Shown: positions 8,910 to 19,567, counted from the stretch's first letter. The stretch is DNA of 64,000 nucleotides from a virus (IMGVR_UViG_2974736276_000001:32001-96000); one strand, 5' to 3'. Numbers and translations: made by a program. The notes: a model not told the origin generated them from the sequence alone.

Positions 8910-10030
8910 AGCGCCTCAAGAATCTGTTTGAATTTGCGTTGCTGAGTAGACTTTTGATTAATCTGCTCTGTGATTGTATCACGGTGGCTAATAAGCGAAC
9001 CTAACTCATCAGATAATTCAGCTACCTTTTTCTCAAAGAATCGACGAATATCATCTTCGTTAATTTCAGATACGGAACTAACACCCACTAATTGAGCTGG
9101 AGAAGTCTCTACAACTTTTTCTTCTTTAGGAGCTTCATTCTTCATGCCCATATTAATTCTAAAATTAGCCAGCACATAGTTTCTGCAATTAGGAAGATTA
9201 GCATGATTACCAGTTCCTACATGCAAGCCTGAAACATGCGGCATATTTTCCAGTGCAGCTTTAACAATTGACTGAATTCGATTATGGGTATTAGTCTTTC
9301 CTTTTTTAGACACATGACGGAATTTAATCGACACATCATAGATGTCATTTGAATGTTGCAATACCTCAATGTAATAACGAAGTTCAGCATCATTAAAACA
9401 TTCTTTTTCATATGAAGAATTAGTTCTGCACATTTGAAGAGGAACGTTAACTCGAGTTCGATCTTGTCCAGAAAGAGCTATACCATTTTTAAAAAGATAG
9501 CTCATGCCCGACGCAATAATATCTCGAGCAACTTCAGCATTACTGCTTTCTTCACTACGCCATGATGAAATGCTACGAATTCTTACGCTCGCTCTAATAA
9601 ATTCAGCATTTCCAGCTCGACCGATGAATTGATTATGGCTGAATTGTTTTAACAATGATTTAGACGAATCTACCGCGTTCCAAGCTGAAATAAATCCACC
9701 ACTAACAAGAATCCGAGTCAGTTGCTCGATTTCATCAATCCATCGAGAGGAAGATCCATTCAGTGGAAATTTTGGTTTAATAACATTCTTCAAATTAGAA
9801 TAACAACCAAACTTAGAACCATTCAACCAAGAATAAATTTCTTTATGATAATTTGATTTAAGCATCAAATCAAAGTTCTTACCAAAATGATCTTTCGCAT
9901 GTGATTGAATTTCAGAAAGAATTCTAACTCGAATTTCTTTCGCAGTTGATTTTTCGTGGCCCATATTCTTTACAATATGTTTTATTTCAGGAATAGCTAC
10001 GATTGAATCGAATAATTTTTGTGCATTCAT
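8906..10030 (-). CDS. nrdC.3-nrdC.6 family-like protein with C-terminal coiled coil
   Basis: Size, position and C-terminal heptads. Confidence 0.55.
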   Translation of the reverse strand: MNAQKLFDSIVAIPEIKHIVKNMGHEKSTAKEIRVRILSEIQSHAKDHFGKNFDLMLKSNYHKEIYSWLNGSKFGCYSNLKNVIKPKFPLNGSSSRWIDEIEQLTRILVSGGFISAWNAVDSSKSLLKQFSHNQFIGRAGNAEFIRASVRIRSISSWRSEESSNAEVARDIIASGMSYLFKNGIALSGQDRTRVNVPLQMCRTNSSYEKECFNDAELRYYIEVLQHSNDIYDVSIKFRHVSKKGKTNTHNRIQSIVKAALENMPHVSGLHVGTGNHANLPNCRNYVLANFRINMGMKNEAPKEEKVVETSPAQLVGVSSVSEINEDDIRRFFEKKVAELSDELGSLISHRDTITEQINQKSTQQRKFKQILEAL

Positions 10031-10239
10031 TTTTTAATCCTTATTTCATAGATAATTGCATCACAAAGATTTAATACACCTGCTCCAGTGTCAATATACT
10101 GATCTTCTCCATTTTGAACAACCGGAGCCCAAACATCATATGAGTCATAATCAGTTGCATAGCACACTTCAATTACAGGAGCCAATAAAGGCTCCACATT
10201 CATATCTTCAAGCAGTTGATTTTTCATCTTCACCTTCAA
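10027..10239 (-). CDS. Hypothetical protein
   Basis: Packed ORF. Confidence 0.5.
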   Translation of the reverse strand: MKVKMKNQLLEDMNVEPLLAPVIEVCYATDYDSYDVWAPVVQNGEDQYIDTGAGVLNLCDAIIYEIRIKK

Positions 10240-10419
10240 ATTACAAAAAGAGTATTTTATAACGCTTCAACACCAGCTGCATCACGTAACTCATAGGATG
10301 CAATATGTTCCGATGTAAAGACCTCATCACCCAGACGAATTTCGATGTCTAATCCACCATTCCACCCGTGAAACTTTACATCAAGAAAAAGATTTTCTCT
10401 TAACCATTGAATTTGTTCT

Positions 10420-10680
10420 TCAGTCATTTTTCCATTCCAAAGTTCTAGCTATTCGGTGAGGAGCGATATTCCAAAAAGAGTCTTTACACTTTGTTGCACA
10501 GAACTTGTGTTGATAGGTTTTCTTTTTGATAGCCTTTCCACACCAAGGGCAGTTAATCTTATCACCGACTTTAGCTATATCATTTTTGAGGTACTGCTTT
10601 TTGCATTGATAGAAGAGAAGCTCTAACTCCTCTTCTTCTGTGGGCTCATATTCCCACGCTTCATCAAGACCGTAGCCCAT
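10420..10680 (-). CDS. Zinc-finger protein
   Basis: CPWC...FCATKC. Confidence 0.65.
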   Translation of the reverse strand: MGYGLDEAWEYEPTEEEELELLFYQCKKQYLKNDIAKVGDKINCPWCGKAIKKKTYQHKFCATKCKDSFWNIAPHRIARTLEWKND

Positions 10681-11387
10681 TATTCTTTTAACTCATACTT
10701 TTGAATTTCTTCTTCATCGAAGATGGCTTTATCGCCATCTAAAAGAAGGTCAATCCACATGCGGGCAGTGCTATTATTACGAGTAGTGTTCTTATAAAGA
10801 ATGTCTTCTGGCTTGCAATAGAACCAAACACCATCTTCAGCGCCAATCATATAACCACGATACTTCATGGTCACATAAGAACCATCGTCATACTTATCAT
10901 TAAAGTCAGTCAGTGAATCAGACTTTTCACCAAAGTTAACGCCTTGTGCCTTTTCGTAATCACGATCATTGAAGTCTTTAGAGTACCAAGATTCATGAGT
11001 TTTAATGTTCAGTTCATGGTCATTACGAGTGCCTGTACAGCGTCCAATATCGCGACGTGAGTAACGACCAATGCCGAATTGATCAGACATAGTTTCATAA
11101 CTTTTTCCGGCATTATGAACTTTCATCATCTTAACTTTAAGACCACCAAGTGTTTCATACTCTTGGCCGAGCTGAAGATACGATGGGCTATCATAAGAAA
11201 CCACTGATGTTACCTGAATGTTAGTTACTTCAGGATGTTGGTTCTGCACCAACTTAGCAATAGCATTATAACCATCAGTTGCCATAATAGTTTCTTTAGA
11301 TAATTTGCCGTTCCAAACATCATAAACAAACATCTTATATTCTACAGTGAATTCAACTTCTTTAATTTCATGATTAACATCAAACAT
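10680..11387 (-). CDS. Hypothetical protein
   Basis: 235-aa ORF with stop/start overlaps. Confidence 0.7.
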   Translation of the reverse strand: MFDVNHEIKEVEFTVEYKMFVYDVWNGKLSKETIMATDGYNAIAKLVQNQHPEVTNIQVTSVVSYDSPSYLQLGQEYETLGGLKVKMMKVHNAGKSYETMSDQFGIGRYSRRDIGRCTGTRNDHELNIKTHESWYSKDFNDRDYEKAQGVNFGEKSDSLTDFNDKYDDGSYVTMKYRGYMIGAEDGVWFYCKPEDILYKNTTRNNSTARMWIDLLLDGDKAIFDEEEIQKYELKE

Positions 11388-11854
11388 TATGATTTCCTCG
11401 CCAACTCTTCTTTAAACGTTTTGACTAATTCTACACCGTAATTAGCCAATGCATACTCAACCAGGGATTCACGAATGACCTTCGGAGTGACTGCAAACTG
11501 TTGGTAATAGTTCCATAAGCCTTGCTCTTGCTTAAACACTCGATTCATCCGAGTGATCGCTTCGTCAGCTGATTTCATGAAAGCTACTAATACTTTCAAC
11601 ATGTATTCAGACTTGACTTGAGACGCAAATACTGCATTCATTTTAATAGCAACTTCTAATTCGCGATAAGCCGAATTCATTTCTGCCAAATAACGAACGT
11701 CTTTCTCAGATAATTTGTTATAGCGATAAAGCTCTTCGCAAATATCGATAGTGCGCTTTTCAATTTTAGTAATTGTAGTCGCTACGCCACCAAAGATTTG
11801 CTGAGGAGGATATTGCATACATTTACGAACGAATACATCAGTTCCATTAAGCAT
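11387..11854 (-). CDS. Hypothetical protein
   Basis: Packed ORF. Confidence 0.65.
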   Translation of the reverse strand: MLNGTDVFVRKCMQYPPQQIFGGVATTITKIEKRTIDICEELYRYNKLSEKDVRYLAEMNSAYRELEVAIKMNAVFASQVKSEYMLKVLVAFMKSADEAITRMNRVFKQEQGLWNYYQQFAVTPKVIRESLVEYALANYGVELVKTFKEELARKS

Positions 11855-12089
11855 TTACAGCCTCTTCATTACATTTAGCATTGCTAACTAAGATCAGAAG
11901 AACTAATGCTGCGCCGCTAATCCAGAAAGTCGGATCGTGAGCAATAGCATGAGTAGTAGCTTCGATTTTGTCAGAAAAGTGATCAGCAAAAAGACGGAAA
12001 TCAATTTTAGTCATGAACCACTTATAATCAAAGTTGCCTTCACCAGTCCAAACGTTGTACAGCGATTTAATCATTTCAAAAATATTCAT
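11847..12089 (-). CDS. Hypothetical membrane protein
   Basis: C-terminal hydrophobic helix; GAGGAG RBS after an early promoter. Confidence 0.65.
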   Translation of the reverse strand: MNIFEMIKSLYNVWTGEGNFDYKWFMTKIDFRLFADHFSDKIEATTHAIAHDPTFWISGAALVLLILVSNAKCNEEAVNA

Positions 12090-12109
12090 GTTATTCTCCT
12101 CAGTTTTGA

Positions 12110-12152
12110 TAAGGCTATAGTATTACACTATAGCCCGGCTGTACACTATTAT
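12110..12152 (-). promoter_or_regulatory. Early promoter
   Basis: GTGTACA...TACTAT. Confidence 0.7.
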
Positions 12153-13138
12153 TTCAGCATAGTTACTTCAGCGATATCTTTCCAGTTTTTGTTGTCTGTT
12201 GCTACAAAGTCTGCGATATAGAGAGCAGTACGAAGAGATACGTTACGAAGGCGAGCTACGTTATCCTTCATCCACATTACAACTTCAATCACATCTGAAT
12301 TCTTTAAGCCACGTTTCTGAAGCATATCAGTAGTCATGATAACATCTTCAACACGAATCATGATTTCTTCATTAGTGTGGACACAAAGGTCCAAGTAAAC
12401 TGAACGAGATACCAAAGCATTGATGTGTGGAGACAGTTTAGAACCTTTCTCTAATTCACGATCAACATCAACGTTAGTGATAAACACTACAGTTCCTTCG
12501 AACTCAAATTCATTAGGGATGCTCTTATCATCTAAGTAGCTTGAAGCTGTTCCCCAACATACTTTACGTTTCTCACCAGAATCCAAAGCTGCTTTAAGCA
12601 AGTTCAGAATATCCATGTCTGAGAATACATCAACATCATCAATCATTAACACAGAGTTTGCTGAACGATTTTCGTAGAGTTTGCAGTAAAGACCGATGCC
12701 TGAAATTTTACCATTCAGAAGGTTGTATTCAATCTGACCAGCATTTTTAGCATTAGTCAATGCTTTATCTAAGCTGTAAGTCTTACCGATACCTGCAGCA
12801 CCTGAGATAATCAGAGAGCGTACATTTCCGGTGATGATTCCTTTTGACATCATAGACATTACATTGAAACGCTTGCGAATTGTTTCTTTGATTTCGTCTA
12901 CTGAACGAATCACTTCAACTTTACGTTCAGCACCAGTCATTTCGATATCAGACTTGAACACCCAAACACCACGTTCTTTACCATCAATCATTACAAACAC
13001 TTTACCATCACCGTTTACTGCTTCATGCTCTGGCAGAGAGTCTGGGAACCATGTTTTAGTCATGGTGAAAGTTCCAGAAATTTCTTTACCTGCATACTTA
13101 CCGGTGTTGATAGTTACTGTTGACATTTTATTCTCCAA
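12149..13138 (-). CDS. nrdC.10: nrdC.10-like AAA+ ATPase
   Basis: SGAAGIGKT, LMIDDVD, LNLLKAALDSG. Confidence 0.88.
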   Translation of the reverse strand: MENKMSTVTINTGKYAGKEISGTFTMTKTWFPDSLPEHEAVNGDGKVFVMIDGKERGVWVFKSDIEMTGAERKVEVIRSVDEIKETIRKRFNVMSMMSKGIITGNVRSLIISGAAGIGKTYSLDKALTNAKNAGQIEYNLLNGKISGIGLYCKLYENRSANSVLMIDDVDVFSDMDILNLLKAALDSGEKRKVCWGTASSYLDDKSIPNEFEFEGTVVFITNVDVDRELEKGSKLSPHINALVSRSVYLDLCVHTNEEIMIRVEDVIMTTDMLQKRGLKNSDVIEVVMWMKDNVARLRNVSLRTALYIADFVATDNKNWKDIAEVTMLK

Positions 13139-13159
13139 TGATTTAGTCTGTATTGACTT

Positions 13160-13205
13160 GATGGAGCTATAATATCATGGTGAGCAAGAGTGTACACTAC
13201 TTTGT
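13160..13205 (-). promoter_or_regulatory. Early promoter
   Basis: AAAGTAGTGTACAC...TATTAT AGCTCCATCAAG. Confidence 0.8.
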
Positions 13206-13216
13206 GAATAAAAAGC

Positions 13217-13236
13217 AAAAACCTCCCGAAGGAGGT
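13217..13236 (-). terminator. Intrinsic terminator
   Basis: ACCTCC TTCG GGAGGT then TTTT. Confidence 0.85.
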
Positions 13237-13505
13237 CAAGGTTTGCGAGGAGGTTGTGGAGAGATTTTGATTTTTGATTTAGGTTTGAACTTGTTCATAT
13301 GCCAGTTTGCAATTCTCACAGGAGTGTATAGAACACCTCTAACGATATAAGAAAGCATCCAGGCAACCATCACTGGCAACCAAAAGCATGTGATGAACCA
13401 GAAGTCTGATGCATCATTAACAGAATTATCTTTAAGAGCTTTTAAAGTGATCAAGTAGCCAACAATCAAATAAACTATTACTACAAGAGCAATCAATAAA
13501 ATCAT
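13236..13505 (-). CDS. Membrane protein
   Basis: Two hydrophobic segments. Confidence 0.65.
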   Translation of the reverse strand: MILLIALVVIVYLIVGYLITLKALKDNSVNDASDFWFITCFWLPVMVAWMLSYIVRGVLYTPVRIANWHMNKFKPKSKIKISPQPPRKP

Positions 13506-13670
13506 TCTTTCACCAGTTTAGTAACTACTTCGGCTATCGCTAACCGAAGTACTTTATTTGTGGCAGAGATGCGAGGCGTCTTTGCATCAACAAAGGGCGA
13601 GATGACATACCAGATATCATCTACAGAACCTTTTACGATTGAAAGATTGTATTGCTCGATCAGCTCGATA

Positions 13671-14684
13671 TTAGCGTAACCCATAATAACCCTTAACATT
13701 CTCAAGATAAACTTGTTCAGTAAAGTCATGCCAGAACTTCATATCAACTTGGCTCGGCATACCATTTTTACGAGCTTGTTCAGATAAAATTTCTACAGAA
13801 GAAACTACTTCTTCCAATGCTTCCTGAACTTCTTTAAAATCGATATTACCTGCTTTAACTTGTTTAAGCAGTTCAGCATCAGCTAAAGGATATTTCAAGT
13901 CACCAGTGCGATAGATTTCTTGCAACTGATAACCACCGCGAAGTGCATGACTCAGAGCTTTCCAGTCGATACCTTCATTCCGTTCAGCTTGTCGTGCACG
14001 TTCACCGAATTCTTTGTCCAGTTTATAGACGGATGATTTCATCATTTCAACTGAAATTGAAGCTTGGAACTTACGACCCAGAACTTCATAGAACACCTGA
14101 TCGCCACCTTTATCGTCTTTAGTATGAACCCAATATGCAAATTCATTGACCGGCAGAGTAGATGCAATATCTTTAACACGCTGGCGGCGTTCAGATTGGC
14201 CCATAGAACTAATTTCAAGAACATTGTTATCAGTTTTATTCAGAACATTAACGACTTCAGTTAATGCTGCAACACGAGAACCTTTAACACCGTACTTTGA
14301 AGCTTGTTTACGAACATACCCGAGATATGCTTTCATATCTGTAGTATAGAAACGTGCACGGTTTGCTTTAATGAATTCCCAGACTTCAGGTAATTCAGAA
14401 TGAACGATCATATTGTCTGGAGTATGAAGCATATCCAGAGCAACAGTTTCGCCTTTAGAAGCCAAGTTAAAGAAATATTTCAGGCTGAACAACTCATGAT
14501 CAACATCATCTTTAGTGTTGCGAGATGCAGAATCATTAGTGTTCATATTCATATGATTCTTTACTGAATCTGTCATGATTTCACGTGCAGAAGGAATATA
14601 GATTTCTTTGAAATCAACATCACTTTCTGGTGTAGAGGTTCCATAAAGATGGGAACCAAAATATGCTTTAATTACTGTCTTCAC
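13671..14684 (-). CDS. nrdC.11: nrdC.11-like nucleotidyltransferase
   Basis: FGSHLYGTSTPESDVD (GS..DxD); DWKALSHALR. Confidence 0.9.
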   Translation of the reverse strand: MKTVIKAYFGSHLYGTSTPESDVDFKEIYIPSAREIMTDSVKNHMNMNTNDSASRNTKDDVDHELFSLKYFFNLASKGETVALDMLHTPDNMIVHSELPEVWEFIKANRARFYTTDMKAYLGYVRKQASKYGVKGSRVAALTEVVNVLNKTDNNVLEISSMGQSERRQRVKDIASTLPVNEFAYWVHTKDDKGGDQVFYEVLGRKFQASISVEMMKSSVYKLDKEFGERARQAERNEGIDWKALSHALRGGYQLQEIYRTGDLKYPLADAELLKQVKAGNIDFKEVQEALEEVVSSVEILSEQARKNGMPSQVDMKFWHDFTEQVYLENVKGYYGLR

Positions 14685-15277
14685 TCAGTCACCTCATAAA
14701 CTTTAATAACATCATAACGGCCATAGTCATACCAGTTAGCTTCAATCATGAATGTTCTTGATTGATCACCAGTATCGCGAAGTTCAAAAATTTTATCACC
14801 TAATTTAAATGAAGTGCTAAAGAATGTATCATGATTAATCATCATTACTTGCATACTGGTTTCAATTAGCTTCATGCAAATTCCCACTGACCATTTTTGT
14901 AGATAATTGCCGGAGTAAACTTATCTGAATAAGACGTTTCACCTTTGAGAATATCATAGGTACATTTTATCACATAACCATCATCAAAAGTCAATGTTGC
15001 TACAGGATAAGTCTTGAACAGACGTTTTTCTACTGAAGCCCAGAATACTGCCGGACGATCGTTGATAGTACATGTGTCGAGTTCTTTAATCATTTGAATT
15101 CCTTTGATATCTCGATGACATTAGGATACATCAATTCAAGCTCATCTAGGATTCTTCGTTCACCAGGAAGAGTTGATTGAGTAATATAAAGAGAAGCAGC
15201 ACGAGTCATTTTACTTCCATCGCCATATACTTTTTCTGCTGCTTCATAGTGTGCTTTAGAGTAATTCATATATTTGC

Positions 15278-15826
15278 TCATTTGATTTCACTCTTCAGTT
15301 TAGAAACAAGACCAAATGCAGTATAACCGCTTTCATCTTTCGGGTCAATTACCTGGCTCTTGAAACCACCGTATTGAAGTTCACGCTGAACAAATACTTT
15401 ACCATCACCTGCTACTGCAAGCACCTGATAATCGCATCCGTCTTTACGAAGGGTATCACCAGCAATCACAGGCAAACACACTTCTACATTCTTTTTAATA
15501 TCAATACAATCAAAGTTCCAAGGAGATGAACCGCGATTCAGAGAAATATAATCGTCCTTAAACTTAATAGGATGGGTAGTACCAACAGTATAATCAGAAT
15601 TGCTAATACGAGTATAACGTTGATTTTCAATGTCAAGAATAAAATCAGCTTCAGCATTTGAGCCGGAGATGACAATAGATGTTGAATTTGCTACAATACG
15701 AGTAACTTTAATTATTGTTGTTTTTTCGCCCTGAGCAGTATTATAAGAAAAATTAACCGAATCGCCAGTTTTCAGAGTATGAATAACTTTACGAGTTTCT
15801 CTTTTGGACACACATAGTACATTCAT
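15278..15826 (-). CDS. mobD.1-like hypothetical protein
   Basis: PVIAGDTL...VLAV...VQR resembles the T4 mobD.1 C-terminus; synteny. Confidence 0.5.
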   Translation of the reverse strand: MNVLCVSKRETRKVIHTLKTGDSVNFSYNTAQGEKTTIIKVTRIVANSTSIVISGSNAEADFILDIENQRYTRISNSDYTVGTTHPIKFKDDYISLNRGSSPWNFDCIDIKKNVEVCLPVIAGDTLRKDGCDYQVLAVAGDGKVFVQRELQYGGFKSQVIDPKDESGYTAFGLVSKLKSEIK

Positions 15827-16027
15827 TTTGGAATCACCGAATTTAAATAATCACGAAGTTTAGCAGCTTCAGCAACAGTTAGACCTACTGAATAATGTTC
15901 TGTAGGTGAGAACTGCACAATAGTCAGACCTTCAAAATTTTGTTGATTCATATCTTTCCAATACAAATCAACCGCACGATCTGGTGAGATAATCCGGGCG
16001 GCGCTACCCACCCAGTTCATTGAAGTA

Positions 16028-16471
16028 TTACTTGTCATTAGTGAATTCCAGAGAAGGGCAAAACTTATCGTGTTTAGCTTCAACCCAGGCAGTCACCAGA
16101 GACTTAGGTTTAGGTGGAATACCCGCAGCTTGACGTGCTTCTTTCTTCTCTTGCTTACGCTCTTTATAGCGATTAACTAGATAAGCAATTCCAATACCAC
16201 CACCAACGACTGTAGCAATAATAGCAACAATTGTCAAACCACCTGCAAAGAACGATGCAATCCAGAACCAAAAACCAGCAACCAAACCAGCTTTAGCTAC
16301 AATTTCTGTACCAAGAGATACAAAGAAAAACGTAATCAATGATACCAAAAATAAGTTGACTACGATAATCAAAAGCAACTTGCGAACATAAGGACAAAGG
16401 CTAGTTGGTACAGGTTTGTCTGAGATTTTGTTGATCAGACGATAATGCCAAGAAGATTTAGTAATATTCAT
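16028..16471 (-). CDS. Membrane protein
   Basis: SWHYRL...SLCPY, two TM segments, KFCP. Confidence 0.7.
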   Translation of the reverse strand: MNITKSSWHYRLINKISDKPVPTSLCPYVRKLLLIIVVNLFLVSLITFFFVSLGTEIVAKAGLVAGFWFWIASFFAGGLTIVAIIATVVGGGIGIAYLVNRYKERKQEKKEARQAAGIPPKPKSLVTAWVEAKHDKFCPSLEFTNDK

Positions 16472-17375
16472 TATTTGTATTCCTTATTCAATTCACTGAG
16501 AAGCTGTTTAATTTGTTTTTCGTCGAGAGCAATAATATCATTACCTTGTTTAAGCGTAATACCGGCTTTCTCGAAAGTTACAGATGTCTGATCTAGCGGT
16601 GCTAATGAAGGATCACTGTTAATAAAAAATGTTCCAAATTTCATGCTATATTTCTCACTATGTTATAATGGGTCCAAGGGGTTTCAGGCATATTTACTAA
16701 TTCGGTTAGTAATAAAAGATGGAAAATCTTTTTCTCTAATTACTCTTGTACAATAAGGCAATGACTCATGATTCTTGACAAAGCGCTCCTGCTGGCTTGC
16801 CAGACAAGTTGTTACACACAAGAACAATGAACCTGTTTTACCTTTAAAGATACACACTTCAATACGTTCACCATCATATTCTTGTGTAACAAGAAGGTCG
16901 CCTACATCATACGTATTAGACATACAAATTCTCCAGTAACTGGGTTGAAGTTACAATTTCAGTGGTGCCATGATAACGATTGTACAAGTACACCAGCTTG
17001 TTGCATTCATCATCATCTAAATCCATTTTAAATTTAATTTTGACAATAATGGATGCAAAATCGCCACAGAACTCTTCTGCAACTTCTATTGAAATCATTT
17101 TATGCAAATGAATGTATTCTTGAGCAACATCCATTCTTAATTGAGAAAGTCTATACATTTTTCACCTCAACTTTCAGTTATTTTTTCTGCAGATGAGAAA
17201 TTTTCATCAAATCTTCAGCGTTCAGATTCTTACCTTTTATTACCTTAGAAAGAATCTTATTGTGGTCTTTAACAAATTCATCTGCTACAAATTTTGAAAA
17301 CGTTTTAAGCAAAAAATCATGCTCTTTGTTTATGGCTACTCTCAATTCATTAACTTTCATGATATTCTCCTAGAT

Positions 17376-17648
17376 TTATCTCAACTGTGAGTCTTTAGAA
17401 CCGCGTCTGTTATAAGCTGATGTAGCTATCTTATCATACTTTGATTGGCAATGTACACAATATTTGCAACCTTTTACTAAAGCTCTACGAGTCTCAGGAA
17501 TCGGTTCACCACACATTTCATCTTCACAAAATTCTGCAGACTGTTTCTTAGCCTGCAGTTCAAGTTGAAGACGGGTCCAGTCAACTGCATCATTCACAGT
17601 GGCTTCACGAGTTGCGAAGCCTTCATCACTTGGTCCCCAGCCGTTCAT
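17376..17648 (-). CDS. TraR/DksA C4 zinc-finger protein (YbiI-like)
   Basis: GW...C..CGEPIPETRR...CVHCQ...YNRRGSKDSQLR as in enterobacterial YbiI. Confidence 0.88.
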   Translation of the reverse strand: MNGWGPSDEGFATREATVNDAVDWTRLQLELQAKKQSAEFCEDEMCGEPIPETRRALVKGCKYCVHCQSKYDKIATSAYNRRGSKDSQLR

Positions 17649-18076
17649 TATTCCCAACCTAACCAAGTTTTTGGTGCACCACGTTTATTGAATTCTTTCT
17701 GATCAACTTCATCACTGAACACACCGCAATTAAGCTCTCGCAAGAACAGCTGAGCATCTTGATGAGTCCAGAAGAAACGATTCAAGTTATACACTGTACC
17801 ATCACGAGAAATTCCGCCATCACGCAGAGAAGCATTTCGTTTGTCACCTTTTACCAAAACAACACCTGCATGATTAAAATGAGTGAAAACACCATCCATC
17901 CACAATACTTCACCCGGAATACCTTCATGAGGTTCGTTATAGACATTAGACATGATTTCGAATTCAGTGATATCATTCACATTGAACAAACGATTACGTG
18001 GTGCACCGATAATATGGAAAAGCTTTACACCTGGAACCAATTTGTGGACTTCGTTGAATTTGATTGCTTTAGACAT
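17648..18076 (-). CDS. Hypothetical early protein
   Basis: First ORF after the early promoter at about 18105-18137. Confidence 0.65.
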   Translation of the reverse strand: MSKAIKFNEVHKLVPGVKLFHIIGAPRNRLFNVNDITEFEIMSNVYNEPHEGIPGEVLWMDGVFTHFNHAGVVLVKGDKRNASLRDGGISRDGTVYNLNRFFWTHQDAQLFLRELNCGVFSDEVDQKEFNKRGAPKTWLGWE

Positions 18077-18094
18077 GATGTTTCTCCATTTTGG

Positions 18095-18140
18095 TTGATG
18101 GAGCTATAGTACTACGGAAGAGAGGGGATGTAAACAGGTA
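18095..18140 (-). promoter_or_regulatory. Early promoter
   Basis: GTTTACA...TACTAT AGCTCCATCAA. Confidence 0.8.
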
Positions 18141-18160
18141 GGTGAAAATTTTTTGAAAAG

Positions 18161-18180
18161 AAAAGGGCCTTGCGGCCCTT
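18161..18180 (-). terminator. Intrinsic terminator after rI
   Basis: AAGGGCC GCAA GGCCCTT TT. Confidence 0.85.
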
Positions 18181-18463
18181 AGGAGTTGTCAGGGTCGAAC
18201 TCAACCTTCATGACAGATGCGTACTCGATACCTGCACGCTGTCCATTGTTCTTGCATTGAGAAACGCATGTTTCCTTTTCCCATTTGCTTTTTATGAACG
18301 TGAAGAACTGTTCGGATTCTTGTTTGCTTGGTTCTTTAAATTTCGAATACACCGCCATAGCGCCTTCTACATACTGATTGAAGGCTTCGCCGTCAGCGTG
18401 TACTGATGGTGAAAATCCTACACCGAAAAATAAAGCCACGCATACTAATCGAATAAAGGCCAT
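18179..18463 (-). CDS. rI: Lysis inhibition antiholin RI
   Basis: Signal peptide followed by FNQYVEGAM.VY..F...C...C. Confidence 0.9.
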   Translation of the reverse strand: MAFIRLVCVALFFGVGFSPSVHADGEAFNQYVEGAMAVYSKFKEPSKQESEQFFTFIKSKWEKETCVSQCKNNGQRAGIEYASVMKVEFDPDNS

Positions 18464-18472
18464 TCGGCCTCC

Positions 18473-18691
18473 CTATTTTTGTCCGGTATTTACTTTATGC
18501 TGCAACACAGCCTTGACTTCACTGAGGTACTGTTCAAGATTTCTTTTACGCGTGTAATCAGCTTTGGAGCCCAGTTGACGAAATTCTTCATCTAAACGAG
18601 CAATAGAATGACCAAGCTCACGACGAATCTCGTCAAGTTGTTCTACTTTTAAGTTAGCTAATTTCTTTTCAGACAGCTTTTCCATGAACAC
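18473..18691 (-). CDS. rI.1: rI.1-like protein
   Basis: [10 protein letters not shown]...[12 protein letters not shown]. Confidence 0.85.
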   Translation of the reverse strand: MFMEKLSEKKLANLKVEQLDEIRRELGHSIARLDEEFRQLGSKADYTRKRNLEQYLSEVKAVLQHKVNTGQK

Positions 18692-18711
18692 CTCTTGTCA
18701 GTTATTTGTAT

Positions 18712-19062
18712 TTATTGCACAGTGATTGTGCTATTTGCCGCAACTTGCTGCATTGTTTCTGTACACTTAGCAGTGAATATACCTTCAAAGTTACGTTGTA
18801 CCCAGGTCCTTTTGCTGATCTTGTCAATTAAATTAGTGTATGAATCTCTTAGCGAGAGAACTCCAATTTTATTTGGGCATACTGAATTGGTGATAACGTA
18901 TGTGACAGCCATCATCTCGATTTCTTTCTTGTATTCATCCTTTGGAATTCCTTCGGGAATAAGAAACATCACTGTTATTCCTACCACAATTCCAAATAAT
19001 GCAGCTTTACCCGTTGGGTACTTCATTGCTGTCTTTACTCTGGCGATCATTTTATTCTCCAA
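18712..19062 (-). CDS. Membrane-anchored hypothetical protein
   Basis: N-terminal TM segment, two Cys. Confidence 0.6.
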   Translation of the reverse strand: MENKMIARVKTAMKYPTGKAALFGIVVGITVMFLIPEGIPKDEYKKEIEMMAVTYVITNSVCPNKIGVLSLRDSYTNLIDKISKRTWVQRNFEGIFTAKCTETMQQVAANSTITVQ

Positions 19063-19081
19063 TGGGGCTCACGCCCCTTGA

Positions 19082-19447
19082 TTAGTCCCAATTTGAAGCC
19101 ATGGCACGACGAGCTTTACGGTCACCTTGTTCGTCGTAGGTATAGTCCAAATCCATTTTCAGAGATTTAGCGATAGCCATTTTGTGATACATACGAGGAT
19201 TTTTCTCGATGTAACGCTTCCATCGACATGTGACTGGGAATCCATCACGATGACGTTCTTTCTTTTTCTGTTCGATTTCTTTGCTAAATTTAATGTTACG
19301 CTCAATCTGTTCATAAACGTACTTATTTACTTGTGCTCGCGTAACATCTGTTTTTCTATACCATGTCCATTCAGTATAACGAAATGGATTATTCAGCTGC
19401 TCGATTTCAAACAGGTAACGGCCTTTATTACGGATAGTTCTTGACAT
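19082..19447 (-). CDS. Highly basic hypothetical protein (MSRTIR...)
   Basis: 121-aa K/R-rich ORF, GAGG RBS. Confidence 0.7.
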   Translation of the reverse strand: MSRTIRNKGRYLFEIEQLNNPFRYTEWTWYRKTDVTRAQVNKYVYEQIERNIKFSKEIEQKKKERHRDGFPVTCRWKRYIEKNPRMYHKMAIAKSLKMDLDYTYDEQGDRKARRAMASNWD

Positions 19448-19462
19448 ATATACCTCGAATAG

Positions 19463-19501
19463 TTAGTTTCCTATTCGATAGTATCCTGTGTAATGTTTCA
19501 T
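19463..19501 (-). CDS. Putative 12-aa leader peptide MKHYTGYYRIGN
   Basis: Strong SD GAGGTG; ORF overlaps the 5' arm of a hairpin covering the downstream RBS. Confidence 0.65.
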   Translation of the reverse strand: MKHYTGYYRIGN

Positions 19502-19567
19502 TTAATCACCTCGAGTATTGAACCGATAATTAATACTATCACAATAAATGATGATGCAATCAAATAG

